DNA from: Opitutaceae bacterium
Lineage (GTDB): Bacteria; Verrucomicrobiota; Verrucomicrobiia; Opitutales; Coraliomargaritaceae
DNA: 64,000 nucleotides
NCBI GenBank assembly: GCA_051252375.1
Contig: JBPOFY010000002.1
Location: 288,001 to 352,000, forward strand
Direction of reading: 5' to 3'
In this document: piece by piece, positions 47,562 through 57,494 of the stretch
Numbering within the stretch: position 1 is the stretch's first letter
Layout of the letters: each line of letters begins with the position of its first letter
The notes under the pieces: generated by a model
Database searches by the model: none
Told to the model about the DNA's origin: nothing
Seen by the model: only the letters and a program-made list of their open reading frames with translations
Translations under genes and position numbers: made by a program

Positions 47562-49295
47562 ATGAAGAAGATCGCACTACTTTTACTTTGCTTGCCCAGC
47601 CTTTTGATCGGCGCGGCAACTGAATATACGCTAACTAATATTACGGGATGGTCCGACGCGCAGCTCGCGACCTTGCCACATTTCGACCGCTACGTGCCTG
47701 TCAAGCCGACTGGCGCGACAACAGATTTTACGCCCACATGCGCCAACGGCCTCGGCATAGTTGCCGGTAATCGCACAGAAGACAGCGCCTATGTAACTGC
47801 CGCGACGCAGACGGATATCCCAGCGTGGGGCACATGGAATTGGTCCTACTGGATATGGGATGGTCGTGATAATCACTATTACTGGGGCTCGGTGACCCAC
47901 AGCTACGCCAGAGCTTGCAACGTGTCGGGGCAAGTCGTGGGCTATGCCACTCTCGGCGGGGGCGCGAGCGGCGTCGGTTCCTCGTCGCTCTATGACGATC
48001 ACATCTACCTACGCGACACGACGACGGGCGAGCATCTTGATCTCACGCCCACCGCACATAGAGCGGACCCAAAGGATATGAATGATCTAGGCGAGATCAC
48101 CGGAACCTGGTCGGACACGACAAGTTCACATCCCTTCAGGCGCTCTGCCGATGGTGCCTTTACCGACTTAGTCTTTGATGAAGCGTATAGCCATTACATC
48201 GCTCCTGCCGTGATCAACAACCACGGTCATATTGTAGGCCAAGTCACGGTCTGGACCACCCCCCGCGACTACATTCCTTTCATCAGTGAGTCAGGAAGCA
48301 ACACCACCCCGCTGCCCTACCCAGACCAAGACAAAGCATACAAGGCAGGAATTGCCGACATCAATGATCACGGCGACATCGTGGGCTATTACCACAAGGC
48401 AGACACTCCGCTGGAAACAACCGCCCTGCTCTGGACGAAACAGGATGGCGATTGGGTCGCAGAAGAGTTGATCGAACTGATCGATGACAACATGGACTTC
48501 ATACTCGACCGCGCGATCGCGGTGAACGACGCGGGATATATCATCTGCAGCGGTCATGCGGATGGTGGTCCAGACAACACCTTCAATACACACCGCTTTC
48601 TCCTGACTCCAAATAGTTTTCCCGCGCCTGCCGCGGTCACACTAGCGCCAAAAAATCTAAGCGCAACGGGTGCCACGCTGCGCGCCAAGATCAACCCTTC
48701 GAATCTCGCAACGACTGCACAGATCGAGCACGGTCTAAGCACCGCCTACGGCACCAGCGAAACCTTGGCATCATCCAATGGCACACTTCCCATGCTCGCA
48801 GAAGTTGCACTAACAGGACTCAGCCCACACACCACCTATCACTACCGAACCACTGCGACCAATGCAACAGGCACAACCACGGCCGAAGACCAGAGTTTTA
48901 CAACGCCTTGGGATTGGAGCAGCTGGGCGGCGGCCAACCTCAGCTCCAGTAGTCCGGACCTAGACTCAAACAAAAACGGTCAACCAGACCTCATCGACTA
49001 CGCGACTGGAAACCATGTGCCAGATGGATTCGAAGTAAACGGGAGCACTGCGCAAATAAGCTTTCGTCGCTCGCTGGAGGCGGACGGCGTGCAGTTAATC
49101 GTTCAAGTCAGCGACGACTTAGTCACTTGGGATGACGGCTCCACTTATCACTACGGCAGCGGTTCGTCGTCGAATGAAGTGACCACCGAAGTCACACGCA
49201 CAGCCGATGGCAGTGATGGCGAAATGATCACCGTATCCACAGATGTGACAGGCATGGATAAGGTGTTCTTCAGGCTGAAGGTTGTGGAAATGTAA
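47562..49295 (+). CDS. Secreted protein with HAF-like extracellular repeats, FN3 domain and C-terminal accessory domain
   Basis: Signal peptide; repeats NVSGQVVG, MNDLGEITG, INNHGHIVG, INDHGDIVG, VNDAGYII; FN3 LTGLSPHTTYHYR; C-terminal SDDLVTW...FFRLKV. Confidence 0.75.
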   Translation: MKKIALLLLCLPSLLIGAATEYTLTNITGWSDAQLATLPHFDRYVPVKPTGATTDFTPTCANGLGIVAGNRTEDSAYVTAATQTDIPAWGTWNWSYWIWDGRDNHYYWGSVTHSYARACNVSGQVVGYATLGGGASGVGSSSLYDDHIYLRDTTTGEHLDLTPTAHRADPKDMNDLGEITGTWSDTTSSHPFRRSADGAFTDLVFDEAYSHYIAPAVINNHGHIVGQVTVWTTPRDYIPFISESGSNTTPLPYPDQDKAYKAGIADINDHGDIVGYYHKADTPLETTALLWTKQDGDWVAEELIELIDDNMDFILDRAIAVNDAGYIICSGHADGGPDNTFNTHRFLLTPNSFPAPAAVTLAPKNLSATGATLRAKINPSNLATTAQIEHGLSTAYGTSETLASSNGTLPMLAEVALTGLSPHTTYHYRTTATNATGTTTAEDQSFTTPWDWSSWAAANLSSSSPDLDSNKNGQPDLIDYATGNHVPDGFEVNGSTAQISFRRSLEADGVQLIVQVSDDLVTWDDGSTYHYGSGSSSNEVTTEVTRTADGSDGEMITVSTDVTGMDKVFFRLKVVEM

Positions 49296-49321
49296 AGTGA
49301 AGCAAGTCGGACGTGAAACGT

Positions 49322-50857
49322 CTATCGACCGCGCAGTTCTAAGGCGCGCTTCACCGCTTCATAAGCATTGATCAGTCCGTGACCGGTTTGATAATCGTAG
49401 CCTTCTTCGCCCACATCGGTGGCAGTCTCGGTGATGATCTGACGCACCTCCCACGGCTTTAGCTCTGGGTTTGCGGAAAGGATCAGGGCAATCGCGCCAC
49501 AATACATGGGGCCGGCAAATGAATTACCATTCACGGTGCGGGTGGGCGGCCCTCCCGCAGGAGATAAACCCGGGACCTTGTAGTTAAAGGCGCAGACTTC
49601 AGGCTTATCGACCAGCCCATCCTGATAATGCTCGGTGTTCCACTCGACAGGCCCTTGGCTCGAGAATGGAGTTCGGCTGAAGTCACGTTGCACACCCGCT
49701 GCCGCAAACACCGCATGCGGGATATCCTCCGGAACACGCATCTGCACAGGGATCGGTTCACTCTGTGCAAAGTTACCCGCACCTGACACGAAATGAACAC
49801 CACAGAAGGCGCCCTGCTCCATGAGCTTGCGCCAATGCGAACGGTATTCCCCGAGGTTCGGTCGTGAGAAACTCATGCTATAGGTATCTGCACCGTGCTC
49901 GACCGCCCATTCGACGGCTGCCTCGATTCGTTGACTAATGACCACCCCAGCCCACTTTGAATCCGGCGCGATACCAGGCTGCACGGGTCGATTGTCTCCC
50001 GACCTACCACAAATGATCGCCACACATTGATGACCGTGAAGAACCCGCGCGGGGTTTCCTTTTTTTGGCAGTGCTTGATTGGTGAGCTGATCCGTCTGAC
50101 GCGAAAAATTGAATCCATGGACATCATCGATGAGCCCATTGCCATCATCATCACGCCCGTTACGAGGGTCCCTGGGATTTACATAAAGCGAAGCATCGAC
50201 CCAATCAGAGTGAATGAAATTACCGTCATGAACGACATTCAACACACCCTTGCCAGTGACTCCAAACTCTTCCCAGACACGATCTACTTTGAGTGCCTTG
50301 ATATACCACAGCGGCTCCTGTCCTAAGGGGTCAAAAGCCTTGTCCTCAGGTATGACTGGCTGGGGCGCATCGATAGCAGGGCCGGAACCACTCTTTCGTG
50401 CCGGACCATTGTAGAAAATTTTCCGCACACCGGGAACCTGTTTCAAATCATCCAACCCCGCTCGGTTCGTCACACAGGAAAAACCATTCACGATCCAATG
50501 AAACTCTAGGTCGCTCACCGACGTGAACTTTTTCAGGCTAGGCAAGGCTCGCTCGCGCGAGGTCTGACTCGTTGCTTTCAAGAGCGCCACCACCTGCTTC
50601 CGGAGTTCCGTGCGACCTAGATCATCGAATTCTTTCGCCCGCCTGAGATAAGCCTCCCCATCGCCTAGAAGCTGCTCTTCGAACCAGACTGTCACCCGAA
50701 ATTTCGCATCCGCTTTCTGCCCCTCGGCACGAGGATCCAGCCAAACCCCGTCTCCTGAAAGTCGTTCGATAGCAATCTCCGCAAAAGCCGATGTCGACAA
50801 CAGCACGAACGAGATAACAAACAGAAAATGTGAGAGTCGTTTCATTTGAATATTCAT
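49322..50857 (-). CDS. Subtilase (S8) serine peptidase
   Basis: TGKGVLNVVHD (Asp), HGHQC (His), GAGN oxyanion Asn, NGNSFAGP (Ser), GHGLINAYEAV. Confidence 0.85.
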   Translation of the reverse strand: MNIQMKRLSHFLFVISFVLLSTSAFAEIAIERLSGDGVWLDPRAEGQKADAKFRVTVWFEEQLLGDGEAYLRRAKEFDDLGRTELRKQVVALLKATSQTSRERALPSLKKFTSVSDLEFHWIVNGFSCVTNRAGLDDLKQVPGVRKIFYNGPARKSGSGPAIDAPQPVIPEDKAFDPLGQEPLWYIKALKVDRVWEEFGVTGKGVLNVVHDGNFIHSDWVDASLYVNPRDPRNGRDDDGNGLIDDVHGFNFSRQTDQLTNQALPKKGNPARVLHGHQCVAIICGRSGDNRPVQPGIAPDSKWAGVVISQRIEAAVEWAVEHGADTYSMSFSRPNLGEYRSHWRKLMEQGAFCGVHFVSGAGNFAQSEPIPVQMRVPEDIPHAVFAAAGVQRDFSRTPFSSQGPVEWNTEHYQDGLVDKPEVCAFNYKVPGLSPAGGPPTRTVNGNSFAGPMYCGAIALILSANPELKPWEVRQIITETATDVGEEGYDYQTGHGLINAYEAVKRALELRGR

Positions 50858-50887
50858 AGGCGCTGATTCTCGATTGATCCCGACTGC

Positions 50888-53197
50888 CTAAGCCCGAGGA
50901 CTCACTGTAACAATCACCGACTTCGACGTCGGCGTCTGGCTGGTGGTGGCTTTCGACTGGATCGGAACGAGCACATTGGCTTCGGGGTAATACGCAGCGG
51001 CACAGCCTTTGGGCGTATCGTAAGGGATCGCGAGGAAGAGTTCGGCGTGACGAGTTTCATCGCCCCAGTAGCTAGTGATGTCGACCGGTTGCTCGGCGAC
51101 TATGCCGCGGGCTTTCATGTCATCAACATTCATAAAGATGACGCGGCGCTCGTTCTTAATACCACGATAGCGATCGTTGGTGCCATAGATGGTGGTGTTG
51201 AACTGGTCGTGACTGCGGAAAGTTTGCAGGAGTAACTGCCCTGCTTTGAGTTGGATCGGGTTGAGCAGGTTGACTGTGATCATCGCCTTGCCAGTCGCGG
51301 TTATGAAGCGTCGTTCCTTCACCGCATTGGGTAGATAAAAGCCACCGGGCTGGCGGGACTTTTGAATGTAGTTTTCAAATCCGGGGATGACTTGCTCAAT
51401 ACGTTGACGAATCAAGTCGTAGTTGTCCTCAAAGGCCAGCCACGGCACGCGGGTGCTATTCCCAAGAGTTGCCTTGGCGATACGACAGACGATGGCTGTC
51501 TCACTCAAGAGATCCGGAGATGCCGGCTCCAAACGCCCTTCCGAGCTGCTGACCACGCTCATGGAGTTCTCAACCGTGACAAACTGCGGACCGCTCTTTT
51601 GCAGATCCCTTTCGGTGCGGCCGAGACAAGGTAAAATCAGCGCGCGCTGCCCCGTCACCAAATGACCACGGTTCGGTTTGGTCGATATCTGCACCGTCAA
51701 CCGACAACGACGCATCGCTGCTGCGGTGTAATGCGTATCCGGAGAGGCCGACAGGAAATTACCCCCTAGCCCCATGAAGACACGGCACTTGCCCGCGTGC
51801 ATCGCTTCGATCGCATCGCAGGTGTCGTAGCCATGCTTGCGGGGTGAAGTGAATTCAAACTCTCGGTCGAGCGCTTGCAAAAAAGGCTCGGGCATTTTTT
51901 CCCAAATGCCCATAGTGCGATCACCCTGCACATTGCTGTGCCCACGCACGGGGCAAAGGCCGCTGCGAGGCACGCCAATCTTTCCGGTAATCAGGTGCAA
52001 GTTCACCAGCTCGCGAATGGTTTCGACTGCATTATGATGCTGCGTCAGCCCCATCGCCCAACAAGTGATGGCAGTTTCGGATTCGATGAAGACTTTAGCG
52101 GCGGCGCGAATCTGAGCTTCGCTCAAGCCAGACTGCTCGACGATGTCCGCCCAACTGACTGCTGCCAATGCCTCGACAAAGGCTTCGTATCCATCGGCGC
52201 AGGTCGTAATGAAATCTTCGTCGACGACCTTGCCCGGCATCGCCGCCTCTGCCTCTAAGACACACTTGAGCATGCCTTTGAGGAACGGCAGGTCACCATT
52301 GAGACGCACCGGCACATGGAGCGATGAAAGCGGAGTCGCCTTGCCAAGGATACCGGAAATTTTCTGTGGGTGTGCAAATGCTTTGAGCCCAGTTTCCAGT
52401 AGCGGATTGACGGATATAATCTTGCCGCCGTTCTGCACCATTTTCTCCAGCGATGTCAGCATGCGTGGATGATTGGTGCCGGGGTTCTGACCGATGATCA
52501 ATAGACAGTCGGTGGTTTCGATCTCCTCTAGTGTAACGGTGCCTTTGCCGATACCGATCGTTTCATTGAGTGCCGCGCCGCTGGACTCGTGGCACATATT
52601 CGAACAGTCAGGCAAATTGTTGGTGCCGAAGTGACGGACAAAGAGTTGATAGACGAAGGCCGCCTCATTACTAGCGCGACCGGAAGTATAGAAAATCGAT
52701 TCGTCCGGCTGACCTGCGTTGAGTTCTTCCGCGATGAGGGCTGCGGCGTCTTCCCACGAGATTGGCTTATAGTGAGTCGCCCCCTGCTCCAGTAGCATCG
52801 GTTCAGTGAGGCGTCCGGCATCGTTGAGCCAAAAATCGCTCTGCTCCCCCATCTCGACCACGGAGTGCTTGGCAAAAAACGCACGGTCGGCGCGCTTCTT
52901 AGTGGTTTCGGTGGCCACCGCTTTGGCACCGTTCTCGCAAAATTCAAAACTAGAACGCTCGCCATCCGGATCTGGCCAGGCACAGCTTGGACAATCGAAG
53001 CCCCCCTTCTGGTTGAGGCGATAGAGCGCCTTGCTCCCACGACTGACGCCAGCCTGGTCTTTCACATGCTTGATCGAGTTCGTGACCGCCTTCAAGCCGA
53101 CCGCTTGGTCTTTCGGTGCGGTGCGCTGAAGGTGCTCCAGTTGACGAGGTGGCTCGGCATCTGGAAGGTGTGACTGATCATCAGAACGTGGCATCAT
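50888..53197 (-). CDS. FdhF/YdeP-family molybdopterin oxidoreductase
   Basis: GFDCPSCAWPD, EFCENGAKA, YTSGRASNE, NLPDCSNMCHE, VRGHSNVQG, RSHDQFNTTIYG. Confidence 0.93.
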   Translation of the reverse strand: MMPRSDDQSHLPDAEPPRQLEHLQRTAPKDQAVGLKAVTNSIKHVKDQAGVSRGSKALYRLNQKGGFDCPSCAWPDPDGERSSFEFCENGAKAVATETTKKRADRAFFAKHSVVEMGEQSDFWLNDAGRLTEPMLLEQGATHYKPISWEDAAALIAEELNAGQPDESIFYTSGRASNEAAFVYQLFVRHFGTNNLPDCSNMCHESSGAALNETIGIGKGTVTLEEIETTDCLLIIGQNPGTNHPRMLTSLEKMVQNGGKIISVNPLLETGLKAFAHPQKISGILGKATPLSSLHVPVRLNGDLPFLKGMLKCVLEAEAAMPGKVVDEDFITTCADGYEAFVEALAAVSWADIVEQSGLSEAQIRAAAKVFIESETAITCWAMGLTQHHNAVETIRELVNLHLITGKIGVPRSGLCPVRGHSNVQGDRTMGIWEKMPEPFLQALDREFEFTSPRKHGYDTCDAIEAMHAGKCRVFMGLGGNFLSASPDTHYTAAAMRRCRLTVQISTKPNRGHLVTGQRALILPCLGRTERDLQKSGPQFVTVENSMSVVSSSEGRLEPASPDLLSETAIVCRIAKATLGNSTRVPWLAFEDNYDLIRQRIEQVIPGFENYIQKSRQPGGFYLPNAVKERRFITATGKAMITVNLLNPIQLKAGQLLLQTFRSHDQFNTTIYGTNDRYRGIKNERRVIFMNVDDMKARGIVAEQPVDITSYWGDETRHAELFLAIPYDTPKGCAAAYYPEANVLVPIQSKATTSQTPTSKSVIVTVSPRA

Positions 53198-53207
53198 TAT
53201 CTTCCGT

Positions 53208-54107
53208 TTATTTCAAGCGTTCAGGACAGCTGTAGATATTGTAACCAGCTTCGCGAACGAAGCCGACCAGCGTCACGTTAAAGTCGTTGGCCAAGGCGAC
53301 CGCCAAGCTCGAAGGCGCGCCTACCCCGGCGACCACTGGAATGCGCGCAACGAGCGCCTTTTGCAGAATCTCGTAACTCATGCGACCACTGACGCAAAGC
53401 ACTTGCCCCGATTCTGGCGTGCGACCGGCGATCAGGTTCTCACCGATTGCTTTATCGAGCGCGTTGTGCCGACCGATATCTTCGTGCGAAGCAAGAAGTT
53501 CACCGTCCGCTGAAAATATAGCCGCGGCATGGAGACCACCGGTTTGATGGAAAGCTTCTTGCTCGGCATGCATTTGCTCAGGCAGTGAATGTATCCAAGC
53601 AGCGGATACTTGCGTATCGTCCTCAATCCGGAGCGAATGAGGAATCGATAAATCCCCGATCGATGTCGTCCCGCAAACACCGCAACTAGAATGTGAGGTC
53701 AAATTGCGCTCACGCTTCGCCTGCGAAACATCGAGACCGACCCGCAGTTGCACCCGCGCACTCGTCGAGGCGCTACAACTGTCGCGGTTAAACGCGACAT
53801 CCAGCACATCACTAGCCTTCAGAATGATGCCTTCGCAATAAAGATAACCGTGGATCAACTCGATATCATGCCCCGGCGTGCGCATCGTGACCACCAGTGT
53901 TTTTTCTACCGACTTCCCTCCACGTGAAAAGACCGCAGTGATCTCCAGCGGATCTTCGATCGCGAGATAATCCTCCTCCGGCTCATGAAAAGCCCCAGAG
54001 CAAACGCGCTGCTTAATGACGCGAATGCTCTTTCGAGGATGAGTCGCCAGACTCGTCGTAGACTGTGCTGAATTAGAAATAGTAGTTTGAGGGGAGTTGT
54101 TGGACAC
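53208..54107 (-). CDS. fdhD: Formate dehydrogenase accessory sulfurtransferase
   Basis: TMRTPG, SSCGVCG, TGGLHAAA, EDIGRHNALDKAIG, SGRMSYEILQKA. Confidence 0.95.
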   Translation of the reverse strand: MSNNSPQTTISNSAQSTTSLATHPRKSIRVIKQRVCSGAFHEPEEDYLAIEDPLEITAVFSRGGKSVEKTLVVTMRTPGHDIELIHGYLYCEGIILKASDVLDVAFNRDSCSASTSARVQLRVGLDVSQAKRERNLTSHSSCGVCGTTSIGDLSIPHSLRIEDDTQVSAAWIHSLPEQMHAEQEAFHQTGGLHAAAIFSADGELLASHEDIGRHNALDKAIGENLIAGRTPESGQVLCVSGRMSYEILQKALVARIPVVAGVGAPSSLAVALANDFNVTLVGFVREAGYNIYSCPERLK

Positions 54108-54322
54108 CCATCAAAGCCGTTTCGCTAAAAACTTAAAGGTTTTTACCGAATGCATTTGGCTGAAGGCTTGTTCATGTGGAACGGCAATCAGGGTTCATGC
54201 GCCGCTCGAATAGAGCAAACGCACAATATAGAGATTTACTCGCCCCACACGATCCTAATCACCACTGACAACCCACTTCAGGTTCCTTGACCTCCCTGGT
54301 TCACATGCTATTAGATTGTGAC

Positions 54323-54670
54323 ATGGAGAGTGCCGTTCAAGAAAGCTTCCGCCCAAAAATTGAAGCACGTATTCACGAGTTGGAGGATTCGATGGAATCG
54401 ACGAAACAAGATCGTGAGGCGATCTCACCAGATAAATCCATCGGGCGTCTCTCAAGGTTGGACTCGATGCAGATGCAGCAGATGGCGCTTGGCATGAACA
54501 GCCGCATGCAGGAGGAGGTCAGACAATTGAAAGAGGCTTTAAAGCGCATCGACAACGCGCGTTTCGGAACCTGTGACCTTTGCCGCAAAGATATTCCGAT
54601 GGAGCGCCTGGAGTTTCAACTTGATGCCACGATTTGCGTCGATTGTTTTCGCCGAGCGAGTGCCCGGTAG
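54323..54670 (+). CDS. TraR/DksA C4-type zinc-finger protein
   Basis: Coiled coil with GRLSRLDSM, ALKRID, FGTCDLC...IPMERL...CVDC. ATG at 54323. Confidence 0.88.
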   Translation: MESAVQESFRPKIEARIHELEDSMESTKQDREAISPDKSIGRLSRLDSMQMQQMALGMNSRMQEEVRQLKEALKRIDNARFGTCDLCRKDIPMERLEFQLDATICVDCFRRASAR

Positions 54671-54697
54671 GGTTCGATGCGGAAATCGCGCCCTACC
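54666..54697. repeat. GTAG-type REP-like hairpin overlapping the stop codon of the DksA-like gene
   Basis: GGTAGGG-TTCGATGCGGAAATCGCG-CCCTACC. Confidence 0.5.
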
Positions 54698-54762
54698 AAA
54701 GGACTTCAATCGACTGAACGTAGTCGAAGACTGATCACGCAGCGAAGTTCAACCCCTAACCC

Positions 54763-54794
54763 AAAGCGGTGGCCATCAACGGTCGCCGCTTTTT
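54763..54794 (+). terminator. Intrinsic terminator
   Basis: AAAGCGGTGGCC-atcaac-GGTCGCCGCTTTTT. Confidence 0.8.
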
Positions 54795-54885
54795 GTTTAC
54801 TTGCAGCGCACCTGCTTAAGCGATTGTTTCTACCAGTCTGAGTGCGGCGCGCATTCTACAAAATTTCCAACTTAAAACGATCCCC

Positions 54886-55785
54886 ATGCTTCTAACTCCC
54901 TCGAAAATCCGCCGGCTGAAACTAGCCCTGCCAATTAACAAACTTTGGTCGCTAGTAGCTCTTAGTCTAGGATCACTATTGCTTGGGACTTCCGCTGCTT
55001 CAGCTGACGTGCCAGACGAGCAATTCAGACCCCTCTTTAACGGCAAAAACTATGAGGGTTGGTATATCAAGTTAAAGGATGGCGATCAGGCTTTAGGAGA
55101 GCGCGTATTCGCGATTAAGGACGAAATGATTCACGTCTTCGGCGAGGGCTGGCCAGATGAGATCGACTTAGACAAAGGCACCGATGCAACCATCGGGATG
55201 TTATATACAAAAAAGACTTTTGAAAAATATCATCTCAAATTTGAGTATAAGTGGGGAAAGAAGAAGGCGAACTACTTTGCCAAGTGGCAGTATGATGCTG
55301 GCGTCTATTACCACATAACAGATGACAAAGTATTCCCGACTGGAGTGGAATTCCAGATACACTACCACCACAGGAAAGACCGTAACGGCACTGGTGACTT
55401 AATTCGTCCTCCAGGCCAGAAGTATGACTGGTATTTTAATACTGAGACCAGTGACTACCTACACCCTGATGAAGGCGGCATCCTTTACGAAAAGCAAAAG
55501 TCATACAAAGGGAGAAGTTGGCTGCATAGTGCCAAGATCACTCAGAATTTTAATGGCTTAAACGACGAGTGGAACAGTTGCGAACTCATCGTGATGGGCG
55601 GAGAATATGCCATCCACAAACTCAATGGCGAAGTGGTCAACATGGCCTTCAATCTGCAACCTGCCGCCGGAATTATCGGCTTCCAGTCGGAGACCGCTGA
55701 GATCTTTTATAGAAATATTGAGATCAAAGAATTTGAAAAAAGTGTCCCAGCTGATTCGTTCCTAAAAACAGAATCTGATAAGTAA
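54886..55785 (+). CDS. DUF1080 (3-keto-disaccharide hydrolase-like) secreted protein
   Basis: LFNGKNYEGW, LKFEYKWG, DAGVYYH, EFQI, EWNSCEL, IGFQSETAEIFYRNIEIK. Confidence 0.88.
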   Translation: MLLTPSKIRRLKLALPINKLWSLVALSLGSLLLGTSAASADVPDEQFRPLFNGKNYEGWYIKLKDGDQALGERVFAIKDEMIHVFGEGWPDEIDLDKGTDATIGMLYTKKTFEKYHLKFEYKWGKKKANYFAKWQYDAGVYYHITDDKVFPTGVEFQIHYHHRKDRNGTGDLIRPPGQKYDWYFNTETSDYLHPDEGGILYEKQKSYKGRSWLHSAKITQNFNGLNDEWNSCELIVMGGEYAIHKLNGEVVNMAFNLQPAAGIIGFQSETAEIFYRNIEIKEFEKSVPADSFLKTESDK

Positions 55786-55788
55786 GCT

Positions 55789-56001
55789 CTGGTCACAAAG
55801 CCCTTTAAACTCAATCGTCGTCAATACCTCGGCACCATGCTCGGCGCAGGGGCGGGGCTAAGTTTGAGTGATGCGTCTTTTGCTTCCACATCTGACATTG
55901 CCACCGCGCCGCCTCAAGTCGCACTGGGCAAGACTGGAATCACGACTTCCCGCCTCGGATTGATGGCTAAATATCCCGTATCAAGAGAGGGTCTCACTTA
56001 A
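55789..56001 (+). pseudogene. 5' remnant of a Tat-exported aldo/keto reductase-like gene
   Basis: Manual translation gives KLNRRQYLGTMLGAGAGLSL...PQVALGKTGITTSRLGL, then unrelated sequence and a stop. No ATG upstream of the RR motif. Confidence 0.6.
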
Positions 56002-57253
56002 TACGATACACCTCGATCCTACAGCGAGGAAAGACATGCCCGTAGTATGCGAGGATGTCGCCGTAACGTGAGAACATCCAAGGTGCAGACATGCTCTCCC
56101 CGTTTTTGGTGTATACAATGTCGCCTGCAATATAGACGACGCTATGTGCAGCATCACCATTAGTAGGGTCGGCGAAAATGATGACGTCACCATAGCGTAG
56201 GGGATCATCTACAGCGACACTCTGATATCGCTCGTAAAATTCTTCGGTCATAATATTCCCACGTATGTTATTGAGAAGTGACTGGCTTCGAAAAAAATTA
56301 AAGGCTGTCCAGTGGCAGTCTAAAGTTCCAAATTCTCTGGAATCTTCAGGTAGCGGAAAAGTGTATAAAAGCCTTCGTGCCACAGGCGGTAAGAGGTGAA
56401 CCACGTCAAGATATTCAACATGTGGATTGCCGGCAATGGATTCAAAGATCGGCGCAACGGCCTTCCGCTTGTGCCCCTCGCTCCAATATTCTGAGATGGC
56501 GGACAAGTCACTTTCACCTCCAACCTGAATCCGTAGCACTAGGCTCCTAATTCTTGTGGTTGCGCGAACAAGCGTTCGGCGTTTCTCAAGCGTATCGAGA
56601 CGGGAAGACACAAGACCGAGATCGCTCCAGACCAAGCAATTCCCCCAGCGGTAAGTCAGCTTATCGATGAGCTCAATCGTCTCACGGTCCAGACCGCTGT
56701 CCTTATACCAGCTAAAGGCATCAACTGATGCGATAATGATGGGATTGATGTATCTCTCGTTGACGGGCGAGCGCCGGAGAATCTCTGCTAGCTTAGCACG
56801 GGTTTCCGGCGTAAGTGCTAATACTAGGTCCGGCTCGGGGAAAAAGCTAATACCACCCTGCTCCACATTGGCCCATGCCTTGAGCGCCTGCCCCCAAAGA
56901 CGGTCCCCTATGGTAGGTGGAAACCCAATCTCATTCAAAAGATTCTCGATAGCCAGAGGGTCGGTTTCGGGGAAGTGCCAATGCACCTGATCCGTAGACA
57001 ATCTTATTTCCGCTAATAAGTTCTTCGGGTAGCTAAGAATGATCGGGTAGTATTGGAGTTTACCCCACGGTCCCTTGGCGACGTCATAAGCTTTGTTTAA
57101 GTCTAGCTCAGCTAAGAGGGGGTCTTTGTATGAAGCCAGCCTCGAGCCGTCGGGGGTGACAAGCAAGTGATCTGGGACACTTGACCAAGCGGAAGGAATC
57201 AGGATCACAAAAGCGACCCCACGTAGAATGGAGCGAAATAAAGAAGCGAGCAT
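55994..57253 (-). CDS. Secreted hypothetical protein with C-terminal papain/NlpC-P60-like domain
   Basis: Signal peptide; LDCHWTAFNF (Cys), LRYGDVIIF, AAHSVVYI (His), YTKNG. Confidence 0.55.
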   Translation of the reverse strand: MLASLFRSILRGVAFVILIPSAWSSVPDHLLVTPDGSRLASYKDPLLAELDLNKAYDVAKGPWGKLQYYPIILSYPKNLLAEIRLSTDQVHWHFPETDPLAIENLLNEIGFPPTIGDRLWGQALKAWANVEQGGISFFPEPDLVLALTPETRAKLAEILRRSPVNERYINPIIIASVDAFSWYKDSGLDRETIELIDKLTYRWGNCLVWSDLGLVSSRLDTLEKRRTLVRATTRIRSLVLRIQVGGESDLSAISEYWSEGHKRKAVAPIFESIAGNPHVEYLDVVHLLPPVARRLLYTFPLPEDSREFGTLDCHWTAFNFFRSQSLLNNIRGNIMTEEFYERYQSVAVDDPLRYGDVIIFADPTNGDAAHSVVYIAGDIVYTKNGESMSAPWMFSRYGDILAYYGHVFPRCRIEVYRIK

Positions 57254-57494
57254 ATGAAGAAAATGCAGAGATCGTTAAGAGATCGTATTGAGCGGGTCTT
57301 CGCAGGCAGTGCTCTTGGCACCACCTAAGTTCCCCACGCTTCAAGGCGTCGCACCTCATGCAAGTGACGTTATCTGTATTCCAGCCGTGGTGTAATACAA
57401 GCACGAAAGTAGCATCTGACAGTGCCTATTCGTTGGTTGGCATTTTAATGCCATGCTAGCGCCGCATTATCGGGCGACTTTGGAGTCAGCGAAG

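Noticed and set aside
50888..53197. Selenocysteine-containing formate dehydrogenase
   Set aside because: The ORF is uninterrupted, with Cys in the CSNMCHE motif and no in-frame TGA. It is the YdeP-type subfamily.
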